From Hypanus sabinus (lineage: Eukaryota): a stretch of 64,000 nt of DNA. This document shows positions 53,525 to 64,000 of this stretch, piece by piece; the stretch's first letter is position 1, and each line of letters opens with the position of its first letter. A model generated the notes under the pieces. That model was not told the origin of the DNA. It was given only the letters and a program-made list of their open reading frames with translations, and ran no database searches. A program made the position numbers and the translations under genes. Location of the stretch: assembly GCF_030144855.1 (NCBI RefSeq), contig NC_082717.1, positions 47,182,001 to 47,246,000 on the forward strand, in the 5' to 3' direction.

Positions 53525-53806
53525 GAGTTACCAGCCTTTATGGAAAAAGCACAAGGACTTTTGCAAACTCTACACCTTGTTTCTGTCATGAAGCACTCAC
53601 AGACAAATAAGACAGTCTTCTCAAACCATACAGGGATGGAACTCCAAAATGAGAAAGGACAGACTTTCCCCCTTGGAAAAACAGATGTCACTCCCATAGA
53701 GACAGATAAAAAGAAATTGCTGAAGAATCGTAGTTCAAGGAAGAGAAAAATAAATTCTTCTGTTAATTATAAATATCCAAAGCGAAAACTGCATCTTGGT
53801 CAATAA
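53525..53806 (+). CDS. NSL1: NSL1 exon 6 (terminal coding exon)
   Basis: tag|ELPAFMEKAQGLLQTL...TVF...DVTPIET...YKYPKRKLHLGQ*; parallels human SLPALIEQGEGFSQVL...EVF...ETTPTET; total CDS 747 nt = 248 aa. Confidence 0.93.
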   Translation, partial: ELPAFMEKAQGLLQTLHLVSVMKHSQTNKTVFSNHTGMELQNEKGQTFPLGKTDVTPIETDKKKLLKNRSSRKRKINSSVNYKYPKRKLHLGQ

Positions 53807-54276
53807 ACCCTGCTAAATGTGCAACAAAGTATGGCAGTATCAACATGCAAATGACTAACTGTTCTTATTAACTACATGATTGAACAGAACATTAGATGTC
53901 CATAAGATAGGGAGAAAATGAAATATAATATTAAGCATAATAGAATATGTAACATAACAAATTTGTCATCTTCATTTCTACAGAAGATGCTAGACTTATG
54001 GATCGATTTAAATATTTAGTTGCTCTTTGTTTTTGTGAATTTCACAGTTCTCTTAATACAAATATTGATTTATCTGAAAAGACTGCAGCATCCTTTTGAA
54101 AATGTGAAAAATGGTTTAGTTTTTGTTTGACTTATTTTTCCTCCAGCTTTACTAAGAGCCTCTCTAGCATTCTGTTCAACTGTGATATTGTGACTGAGCA
54201 AATCTTTATTCAGAAAATGAACATTCAGTGTGTCTAAATATGATAGACAAATTAAACTTTTGTCAGTTATGCATTT

Positions 54277-54282
54277 AATAAA
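54277..54282 (+). terminator. Candidate NSL1 polyadenylation signal
   Basis: AATAAA ~470 nt after the stop, with ATTAAA at 54251 and T-rich sequence downstream. Confidence 0.5.
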
Positions 54283-55699
54283 GGATGTAGCACACCTTAA
54301 TACATTTTGTTTAATATTGTAAAGATCAATAATTATACCTGTCCTTTCACATGTTCACATCAGTTTTGGTTAAATTTTTTAAACTGGAAATACGGTAGTC
54401 ATTTTAAATTTTCTCTTAAATTGGGAGCAATGCTTTATTATAGGAACTTATAATAATTCCAGGTATTGATCCATGCTCCACATTACTCTTTGCATTGTAA
54501 AGAATAGACACAGCTAGGGGAACATTAATCTCACCATAGTCAACCTTTTGGTTCCTGTCTTTGTATGTACTCCTCCCACACCACTCCCATTAGCTGCGCT
54601 GCTACTCTGGTTCCCATCCAGAGACAGAATTGTTTTTTTAATAGTTCAATTTAATATCAGAGAATGTATACAGCCTAAAATTCTTACTCTTTGCAAACAC
54701 CCATGAAACAGAGAAGAAAACCCAAAGAATGAATGACAGCAAACGTTAGAGCCCCAAAGCCTTCCTCCTCCCATGCACAAGGTGCTGTGTGCCCCTTAGA
54801 AAATAGGTGCATTTAAAATTTTATCCTTACCTGTGCCATTCAAGATCAATGTCACAACTACTTCAGGAATCCAAATAATTATAAATTGTAGAAATTGTTC
54901 AAATTAATTGCAGGTCATTAATTGATTTTAAAGTACAATTTTGCATTTCTGTCATCTGATTACAATATTAGTACATGGTGATCTTTGCACTTATGCTAAA
55001 CAAGTAAATCTTGATTTTTTTATTTGTTCTTTAAATCTTTCTCACTATAAAGAACATTATATAGGAGTGAAAAATGCACATAGTTATCACCTTAACTCTA
55101 CTATTGTTTATTGTGTTTGCTGTACTGTATACAAGATGCATTGCAAGTACTTACCAAAGTTGCTGCAAAAGTATTTCTTAATCTCAATTTCTAAATGTAG
55201 AAATAGGCACCAATTGCATGAGAAAAAGAACAAGCTACATTCTTGACTCCTTATCACATGGCATCCTCACTTAGGATATACAGTACAATGGGATAACTTC
55301 CCTGCACGGGCCTCTAGACTTATTAGTCCAACCTTGCATCACTTCCTGCCCAAGATTTATGAGCTGCAAAATTTATTTTTTTATTACCTTTGACAGAGAT
55401 GTAGAGCACTCATCCAAACTTGGTGTGATGCTCATCTATACTAATCCCATGTGCTCGCAATTGGCCCCTATCCCTCAACTACTTTCCTCTCCAGGTATTT
55501 GCTTCTATTTCCTTTTAACAATGTGTTTCATATAGCTACCATGTACTGTGAAAATCTTGCCTCTTGTATCAGCTTTAAATTTCTCCCCTCACTGTAAACA
55601 TGTTATCTAGTTTTATAATCTTTAGCAGCACCTCACTCACTAAGTGGCAGGCTAAGAAAAGTGATTCTATCTTTGGATGGAAACCAGAGGAGCTAATGA

Positions 55700-56915
55700 A
55701 TGGTGTGGGGAAAGTAGATGTTAAGTCTACATGCAAAGATGGGAGCCAAAAAGTTGAGCATTTGGGGATTAATGTTCTGGGTTGTGTCTATTTTAATGCA
55801 AATGTAGGTAAGGCACATTACCTTAGGTGACAGCATGAATCTGCACGTGGAATTATGATATTGTAGCCATTAGTGAGACTTAGTTGTAAGACTTGCAGCT
55901 CAAAGTTTCAGGCATGATAGTGGAGGAGGTATTGCTCATCAGGGAAATGTCATGGTAATGCTCAGGCAGGACAGACTAGAGGGCTCATCTGGAAGGAAGG
56001 CAAAAAATGGAATTATAAACCGGTTAGCCTGACTTCAGTGGTTGACAGGAGACAGTGGGAATAAAGGGGTCCTTGTCCGCATAACTGCTGGTGACTAGTG
56101 GAGTTCCATAGAGGTCAGTGTTGGGACTGCTTCTTTTCACATTATATGTCAATGATTTGGATGATGGAATGGATTCCTTTGTGGCAAGTTTGTACACAAT
56201 ACAAAGGTAGGTGGAAAGGCAGGTAGTGTTGAGAAAGCAGGAAGTCTGCAGAAAGGCTTAAACAAATTAGGAGAATGGGCAAAGAAGTGGCAGATGGATA
56301 CCATGTAAGGAAGACTAGAAGTGTAGGCATTCTAAATGGGGAGCAAATTCAGAAATCAGAGGTCAAAGGGACTTTGAATTCCTCATGCAGGATTCCATAA
56401 AGGTTAATTTGCAGGTTAACTCGGTAGTAAGGAAGGCAATTACAAAGGCTGTGGCTGTAATAAAACCCAGCTTCCTGTGGGATCAATAAAGTATGTCTGT
56501 CATTCGTTTTGAGAGGACTAGAATATATAAAAGTAAGGATATGATGTTGAGGCTGAGGAGCATTTGTTGAGGCCTGTGCTCACTGAAGTTTGGACATGGA
56601 GAGGATGTTTTCAACCATGAGTGAACCTAGAACAACAGCATCAGAATAGAAGGGCATCCCTTTAGAACAGAGATGAACATTTTTTTTTAGCCAGTGGGTG
56701 GTGAATCTGGAATTTATTGCCACAGATGGCAGTGGAATCCAAGTCATTGTGCATATTTAAAGTAGAGGTTGCTTGGTTCTTGATTCTTAGGGTGTTAAGG
56801 GTTGGGGACAAGGGCATGAGAACAGGGTTGGGAGAAAAAAATGATCAGCCATGATTGAATGGTGGAGCAGAATCAATGAGTCAAAGGGCCTAATTCTGGT
56901 CCTATATCTTGTGGT
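55700..56915 (+). mobile_element. Decayed, internally deleted CR1
   Basis: Endonuclease, RT and 3'UTR pieces homologous to 28420-29700. Confidence 0.7.
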
Positions 56916-58029
56916 CTGGTTTGTTCAATAAGTACATTCCATGGTTTAATACTTTTGACATGTACAATTGTTAAAATACTAAATCAGAAAAATTAAGAAT
57001 GGATTCTGCATGTTTTTTACATTTCATGATAATGTTGCTCTAGTGAATTCCATTCTCAAACTATTTAGGCTCTATCTTGTGTGTTATATGTAATTGAAGC
57101 TGGCTACTACTTATACAGTGTTCTATTCCAGTTTAGTGAACAAATTCTTCATTGTAGCTTCTCCTGTTCCTTTTATGAGAGTAATTCTGGAAATGACTGC
57201 AATGGTATGGAAGAAACAAAATGCTTTTCTTTGAAGAGAGTTGACAGTATCCTGGTCATTTGTTCATGGTTTAAGAAGAACCTTTGCCTTTGGAGAGTGG
57301 AGTTTCCAAAATATTAGTACATGAACCTTTTGAGTGTATCCAGACTGTACCTTACAGTTTAAAAGTCTTGTGCATCAGCACACATAAACTACACACCTTG
57401 CCTGGGAACAATGTAATCTCTCATGAGGCTAAATGGAATATTTAAACCAAGAAGATTAGAGGAAACATAACACTGGACAATTCATCTCTGACCCCACTGG
57501 GGAATTGAAACCAGACCAGAAGACCAGTTTGGCACGAACGATAGCTCTGGTTTGTATAAGGTGGCCAATAGTAGCTTTGCTACTCATTTGAAAATAATTA
57601 CCGTTTGTTGAAAGGCTTGGGCCAGATTCAAGAAAAAGAAAATCTCAGTGTTTAATCTATTTCTATTTTACAGATTTTCAGGTTGTGATTTTCTAGTTCA
57701 CCCCCCCCCCATAGATTTTATTTATGCGTCTACTAAAACACATTCTGTTCTCACTTTTATGAATCTGAAGAAAACCTTCCTTAATTGTACACTCCAAGAG
57801 TAAAATTGTACACTACAATCGATGCAGCCCATAAATATAGATAGGTGTTAATATCTTTACCCCAACACCAACAACGATATAGAAGTGCACACGCAGGATC
57901 ACAAAATGAATGTTTTCGGAATGAATCAGGGCAGTGTAGGATAGGCTTATTTTGATCGAGCAAGGTTTCCACTGTTAGTCGATGTGGTGTTATTCTTTTA
58001 CTTTTTCATTTAAATTTCGAGTGCCTCAG

Positions 58030-58931
58030 TCATTTTTTCTGGGAAACGGGCGGTTCGCTTTAATAGGTTTGTTCTGCTAGATACGCCCATGACAAGGTTT
58101 TGATACGCCCATGACAAGGTTTTGATGAACTGTCGCATGTTCTTTGTGGGTGTGAAGGGATGAACTTACTTGCACGCAGTTGAACTTTCTTTTCAGATAC
58201 ACCACGCAAGTGGAGAAATTTGTAAAGCGTAGGAAGAACTTTGACTACTTTGGAGTTCGTGACAGGTAAAATAACGCGATGTTTACGGTGAGTTGGGTAC
58301 GGGGAATATTCTGGTGGAGGCGCTTAAGTCTAATTTTATTGTATTGCTTATACGGTTTATGGATGAAACGAAGCCCAAATCCGATGATTGTGCATTGTTT
58401 TCAGCAGAACGAGTGAATTACTATTTTAATCGGGATATGCCAATTAACATTTTTGACCAAGTCAGCAATGTAAGTAACTATCGTCTGGTGTTACTTTTAG
58501 GAAGAAACGGGTAAAAAATTCGTGCTTCGAACTGTGCCTCTGATTGAGGCTAGGCAGCCCAGCGAATATTCTACGTAGTAGTGTGGAAGTTCGGAGATTT
58601 CGACTTTCCTAAATTAAAAACCAAAACACGTGACTTGAAATTTGGCATACGCATTCCAAGAAGAAATTTTTTTTTTTATTTGGACAATGTGAAACTCTCA
58701 GAACTGCTTTTATTTTTACAATTACATCAAAGCGTGAAGTTTTTTTTTGCCAGATCAATGATCGATGGCAAACGGCGTGCTAGACATCTCCCTCAGTACT
58801 TGACTCCAGCTCTGTACACTGGCTCAATGGGAAATCCGGCCTCTTGAGAGCATGCTACACTGAACTCCTTTCGTTTGCCATCAGTTAGAGCTGTGCATGT
58901 GTTTGCACATAAATCTGATTATTTGGATGCC
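58030..58931 (+). promoter_or_regulatory. BATF3 promoter region
   Basis: CpG-retaining unique sequence; GAS motifs TTCTGGGAA (58037) and TTCCAAGAA (58654), E-box CACGTGAC (58627), kB-like GGGAAATCC (58829). Confidence 0.6.
58080..58126. repeat. Perfect 22-bp tandem duplication
   Basis: GATACGCCCATGACAAGGTTTT x2 plus GAT. Confidence 0.95.
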
Positions 58932-59006
58932 ATGTCTGGGTTAGATTCTGCAGAGCTCCTTGCACATGATCCGGCGAACAGCAGCGGCACGGTCCGGGCA
59001 TCTCAG
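58932..59006 (+). CDS. BATF3: BATF3 exon 1 (start)
   Basis: GCC-ATG context; MSGLDSAELLAHDPANSSGTVRASQ|gtcagt; phase 0 joins exon 2; the sequence itself is poorly conserved. Confidence 0.75.
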
Positions 59007-59101
59007 GTCAGTAGAAAGTCTCTCTCTCTATATACGTATTGCACTGTGCAGGTCATTTGTCACTGCATGTTGTAAAGCAAGATCTGGTATTTGGACTCTA
59101 G

Positions 59102-59206
59102 GACTGTGGTGGCGATAACAAGAAACTTCGAAGAAGGGAAAAAAACAGAATCGCTGCGCAAAGAAGTCGGAAGAAACAGACCCTGAAGGCAGATAAACTA
59201 CACAAG
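59102..59206 (+). CDS. BATF3: BATF3 exon 2 (bZIP basic region)
   Basis: tag|105 nt|gtatag; DCGGDNKKLRRREKNRIAAQRSRKKQTLKADKLHK versus human DDRKVRRREKNRVAAQRSRKKQTQKADKLHE; synteny with NSL1. Confidence 0.95.
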
Positions 59207-60036
59207 GTATAGCTCCGAGCCACAGATCCAGTGGTGGCCCGATAATTTGCGGATAATGAAATGAATTAACCCCAAACTGCAATTCTAAGTATCTAGACAT
59301 AACGAAACAATATCAGTAAGTTTCAGTAATGTCGCCCTTTTAAGATAGTAATTAATGTAAAAACTGTTCCTATTTGAACGTCCAGTAAATGTATGTCTAA
59401 TGCGGGTATTCATGCTGACTGGCCCACTGGCAAAGCTATGACTTCCTTTAAAATTTTTTACATTGAGTGGGGAATTGTCTTTCATCGAATTTATCTGGAC
59501 TGTGACTGTACATTTCCAAACTATGAAAGAGCCTATAGGAAAGAATTCTGCCATTAAATGTGTCATGTGCCAGGTTCCTAAATATTGAGGCGTGAGATTG
59601 TCGCGGCTTTAATTGGGCTTGGCCTTTACTAACTGCAAACCTAGTTTAGGGAAATTTCCCAAGCGCTAACATTTCATGCACTTCGTAAACTCAAAGTGAT
59701 TAGGAGCCTGATGACATAAAGTAGCTATGATACAAAAGGTTTGTTTATTTTATCATTTACAATAACATTCTTTGGGGGGGGGGAGTAAAAGCGCAGAAAA
59801 TCTTGATCATTAAATTATTTATTATACAGAGGGAGACCACTCGGTCAGTTCTGTGTTAGTCGAATAAAAGCTACCCAACCTAATCTAGCGACCCATCTCT
59901 GCAGGTCACAAATCTAATTGTGCACGTGCCATTAATGTTTAAATGTAGTGTAGTAGGAATTGGATCTGCCGGTACTACATTTCAAAGTAGTGAGTTTTGG
60001 ATTCCTACCGCCCTCGGGGTAAATAAAACTCTCATT

Positions 60037-60290
60037 AGAATCAGGTTTATTATCGCCGGCACGTGACGTGAAATTTGTTAACTTAGCGGCAGCAGTTCAA
60101 TGCAATACATATTCTAAAAGAGAAAAAAGTCAAATAAAAATAATAATAAATAAACAAGTCAATTACATTATACGTATATTGAATAGATTAAAACACGTGC
60201 AAAAAAAAACACAGAAATACTGTATAATAAAAAAGTGAGGTAGTGTCCAAGGGTTCAATGTTCATTTAGGAATCAGATGGCAGAGGGGAA
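60037..60290 (-). mobile_element. Rex1/Babar 3'UTR fragment
   Basis: Near-identical to 18955-19205. Confidence 0.85.
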
Positions 60291-61409
60291 GATGCCACTT
60301 TTAATTATTGCCTTTGTTTTTTGACTCTTTTGCCAAAGTAAATAGGTCTTATTTATACACCTTAGTTAAGTCTCTCCTTGGCCTCCTGTATTTCAGAGAA
60401 CACAGTCCCAGCTTGTCTGTTCTTTCCTTGCAGGTATAATCTTGTGTAATCTCACAGCACCCTCTCCTGTGCAATCACCTCTTTCCTGTAACAAATACAA
60501 GTAATTCTCCAGAAGCTGGAAATCTTGAGCACACACTAAATGCTGAAGAAAGTCAGGCAGAGGAGTAAGCAGTTGAGGTTTTGATTCGAGACTCTTCGTT
60601 AGGACCAGGAAGGAAGGGGAAAGCAGCCAGAATAAGAAGATGGGGAGAAGCTGGCAGGTCGTGGTCCTGATGAAGGGTCTCAGCATCTGCAGGGCCGCTT
60701 GTGTGTATGATTTGCTGCTCCATGGCAAAGTCTCTTCAAGGTGTACTGCTCTGAAGAAGTTGAAATCTTCTCTTTGATGGAAGCTCAGTGAGATCCCCTC
60801 TGTGATCTCTGCTGCCCTCTAGCTCTTTGTTAACCCCCTCCCCACCCACCCACCTTCCCTGTCAAGTGGTTTCACCTATCAACTGCCCAGTTGGTACCCC
60901 TTTCCTGTTATCTGAAGCTTTCCTAGTCACTGTCAATACAGGGTCACTTCTGTACAAGCCTTTTAATTGTGCCCTCTGCATTTTGGCTAAATTATTAAGA
61001 TTTATTACATAAAAGGGGTTGAGTATTGAGCCCTGTGGAACCCCTGGCTTTCCAGTCATAACCACCCATGCTTTATCAATAGGTTCTCACCACTGAGCCA
61101 TTCCTGTAGGCAGACTTTAGAGATTGAGGAAAAAGATGAGAAGCAAAGCCTCGATAGACGATTGAGGGACTGTGGTTGCTTCTCTTTGTTTTTTAGGTCA
61201 TAGTGGAATTGAAGGATTTGTGTTACAAAAGGTATTATGTAAACAAATATTACAGGTTCACAGCATTTGACTTTTTAAAAATGGCCTCTTTATACATTAC
61301 TTGCATGCAAGTGTTGTCTTTCCTGATTCATTTCTCACACTTGAAGTATTTATCAAATGCCAAGGCTCTTCAAAAATTAATCACTCTAGATGGCAGAGAT
61401 ATGATATAT

Positions 61410-62015
61410 TAACAGGTACATAGGGTTGTGAAGAGAGCTTTCGGCACAAAGTATTGAGTACAGGAGACAGGATGTTTCATTGAAGTTGTTTAAAACATTG
61501 GTGAGGGTTAGTTTGGAGTATTGGAAAGATGTAAATAAGGTTGAAAGAGTACAGAGAAAATTTACAAGGATGTTGCCAGGTCTGGAGGAGCTGAGTTACA
61601 AGGAAGGATTGAATAGGTTAGGATTTTATTCCTTGGAACATAGAAGATTGAGAGGAGATTTGATAGAAGTACAGTATATAAAATTATAAGGTAAATGCAA
61701 GCAGGCTTTTTCTACTGAAGTTTGGTGGGTGGAACTACAACCAGAGGTCATAGGTTAAGGGCGAAAGATAAAAAGTTTAAGAAGATGAGGGTACACTTCT
61801 TCACTCAAAGAGTCAGAGGGTGTGGAATGAGCTGCCAGCTCAAGAGGTGCATGTGAGCTCGATTTCAATATTTAAGAAGCTTGGATAGGTGTATGGATAG
61901 TGCATGGAGGGCTAAGGTCCCAGTGCAGGTCAATGGGAGTAGACAGCTTAAATGGTTCAGCGCAGACTAGATGGGCCTAAGGGCCTGTTTCTGAGCTGAA
62001 TTTCTCTATGACTCT
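61410..62015 (+). mobile_element. CR1 3' fragment
   Basis: ERVQRKFTRMLPGLEELSYKEGLNRLGFYSLEHRRLRGDLIEV plus 3' tail. Confidence 0.85.
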
Positions 62016-62799
62016 AACTGGTGTAGAACTGTACAATCATATCTATATAGTTGGCTTTTCCTTATGACTGTAATTAGGATTAATTAATATACCATTTCTT
62101 AGAATTGTAAGCTCTGAAAGTTACGCTGATGATGGAATCTTTCCCCCTTGTTTGCTTCAGATGGTCATAGCAATCATTGACAAATATGGTAAAGTATTGG
62201 TTAAATGCAAAGTAAAACTCTATTTAATCTATCTTTTAATCAGACTTGAAATGTCTCTGGAACTGCTGAACAAAGATAGCTAATTCATTACAGTATTCTT
62301 GATCTTGGAGTGCAAACACTTACAGGTACATGCTCAGTCTACAGACTTGTGCTGGGAGCACATCTTGAATTTCTGCCCTCTACACAATAAGGAGTTACCC
62401 TAATTAGAGTGGAGAAGCTGCTTCTGAAGCCCAGGAAGAGGCAGGCTGGGGGGGCAATGCAGTCGCTCAGGAATGAGGCCTGGGTTCTGGCTGGCACAAT
62501 GAGCACTGGCAGTACCTGCTCCTTGTGTTAACAGATTGCCTAGATTGGATTCTCTTTTACCACCCCGGACTGGAATGTGATGAAAGCTGCTGTCTACCAT
62601 GCCCCCCCCCCCCACTTTGTTCGGCTGTAGACTTCTCCCCAACCTAGATATTTCACTATGGTGACAAATTCAACCTTGTCTACTCGTTATTGAGTTTGCT
62701 ACCACAGAGGAAATTGTGGGTGAAAGAGGTGAGGGAAAGAGCTGTGCAGGCTAAGCAAGTGAGGAGGAAACAACATTACAACCAACTATTGACACTGAG

Positions 62800-63680
62800 A
62801 GAAGATAGAACTCGGTACAGAATACTGTTCAGCACAGTATGGGCCCTTCAGCCCACAATATTGTGCTGACCTTTATAAACCTACTTCATGATCAATCTAA
62901 CCCTTCTCTCCAGCCTATAACCCTCCATTTTTGTTTCATCCATTTGCTCATTGAAGAGTCTCTTAAATGTCCCTAATGTTTGGATAACTCACTTAGGATA
63001 TGCCCAGTGTCTCGGCCTCCATGGCAGTCCGTGGCAGATTCACCATCCTCAAGTGCAGCATTTGAGGCAGGAAAGGAATGAATTGGAAATGGAAAAGCAG
63101 TGGCTGCTATGTATGCGTAGTTAGGCACCTTACAATGTGGACCTTTACCAGGATGCTGCCTGGATTGGAAAAACATGGATGATAGAAAAATGGAGGGCTG
63201 TGTGGGAGAGATGGGTTAGATTGATCTCACAGCAGGTCTCTTGCAGTCTGCCCAACATTATGGGTTGAAGAGCCTCTGCTCGATGTTCGATGGTCTGCAG
63301 TATGTTCTCATGTAGCAGCCTCTACCACTACCTGCAGCAGTACACTTCAGACATTTACCACTCTCTGTGTGAAAAACATATTTCTGACATCACCTCTAAA
63401 CTTTCTATCACTTACAAGGATATCTTCTGTAATTAGTCATTGCCACCCTGGGAGAACGTCACTGGCTGTCTACTCTGTCTATGCCTCTTATAATATTATA
63501 CACCTCAATCAGATTGCCTCTCATCCTCTTCACTCCAAGGAAAAAAGGTGGACAGGTAACTCACTCAACCTTACCTCACAAGAAATGTTCTCTCATCTGG
63601 GCAAATCTCTTCTGCACCCTCTTTAGAACTTCCACATCGTTCCTATAATGAGGCAATCAGAGCGGAACACTATGCTCCAA
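62800..63680 (-). mobile_element. Decayed CR1 3' fragments (with an oppositely oriented piece at ~63140-63290)
   Basis: Similar to other CR1 3' ends in the window. Confidence 0.6.
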
Positions 63681-64000
63681 GAGAGAGCCTGTTTTATTCA
63701 GCCAAGTGAGTGCATCTGTTGCTGGGAATCAACAGCACCAACACGAAGAGCAGGAGCTGTTGGTTTGCAGCAATGCATGCACTCACTGGAGTCCCACACT
63801 TAGTACTGGGCAGCTGCACCTTTGTCCTCAGCCTTTGCAAGCAACAACTGTATTGGCTCAGTGGTCATCCATACTGCAGCTTAACACCTTAACCACATCA
63901 TTGTTGCAGATAAGCCAATATAGAGCTGACCCCCCCCCCCCCCCCCACCCACCAATCCTGGCTGCTTGCACAGCACACTGGCAGTAAGACGACTCTATAC

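Noticed and set aside
10-63987. The many 60-140 aa ORFs in the ORF track
   Set aside because: They are TE fragments, antisense shadows of TE ORFs or chance ORFs in AT-rich introns
1-64000. Prokaryotic-type systems (operons, CRISPR arrays, defence islands)
   Set aside because: The sequence is intron-exon vertebrate DNA; no repeat-spacer array is present and the only short tandem repeats are LINE tails, microsatellites and one 22-bp duplication
59207-64000. BATF3 exon 3 (leucine zipper)
   Set aside because: No heptad-containing exon with a splice acceptor was found; presumably right of the window

Overview
Eukaryotic (vertebrate) genomic DNA. The repeat landscape (HE1-type V-SINEs, abundant CR1, Penelope and Rex1/Babar fragments) points to a cartilaginous fish, probably a ray; this is an inference. 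Three spliced genes can be rebuilt by hand from GT-AG exons with consistent phases. TATDN3 is on the minus strand (exons 1-5; the rest lies left of the window). NSL1 is on the plus strand, complete with 6 coding exons and 248 aa, head-to-head with TATDN3 across 316 bp. BATF3 is on the plus strand (exons 1-2; exon 3 not found in the window). This order matches the mammalian TATDN3-NSL1-BATF3 block. The introns are mostly transposon relics. The most unusual structure is in TATDN3 intron 4: two inverted copies of the RIGHT end of a Sleeping Beauty (salmonid Tc1)-like transposon, bounded by TA, enclose an almost full-length L1 that lacks its 5'UTR. The whole 6.5-kb unit sits inside a Rex1/Babar tail, and the L1 itself carries a CR1 insertion. 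Other notable items: a decayed PNMA-like Gypsy gag with LTR and tRNA-Pro PBS, a solo LTR beside the bidirectional promoter, a young CR1, and loss of the PVIHL motif in NSL1. All homology calls are from recognition of remembered sequences, not database searches, and boundaries of degenerate repeats are approximate.
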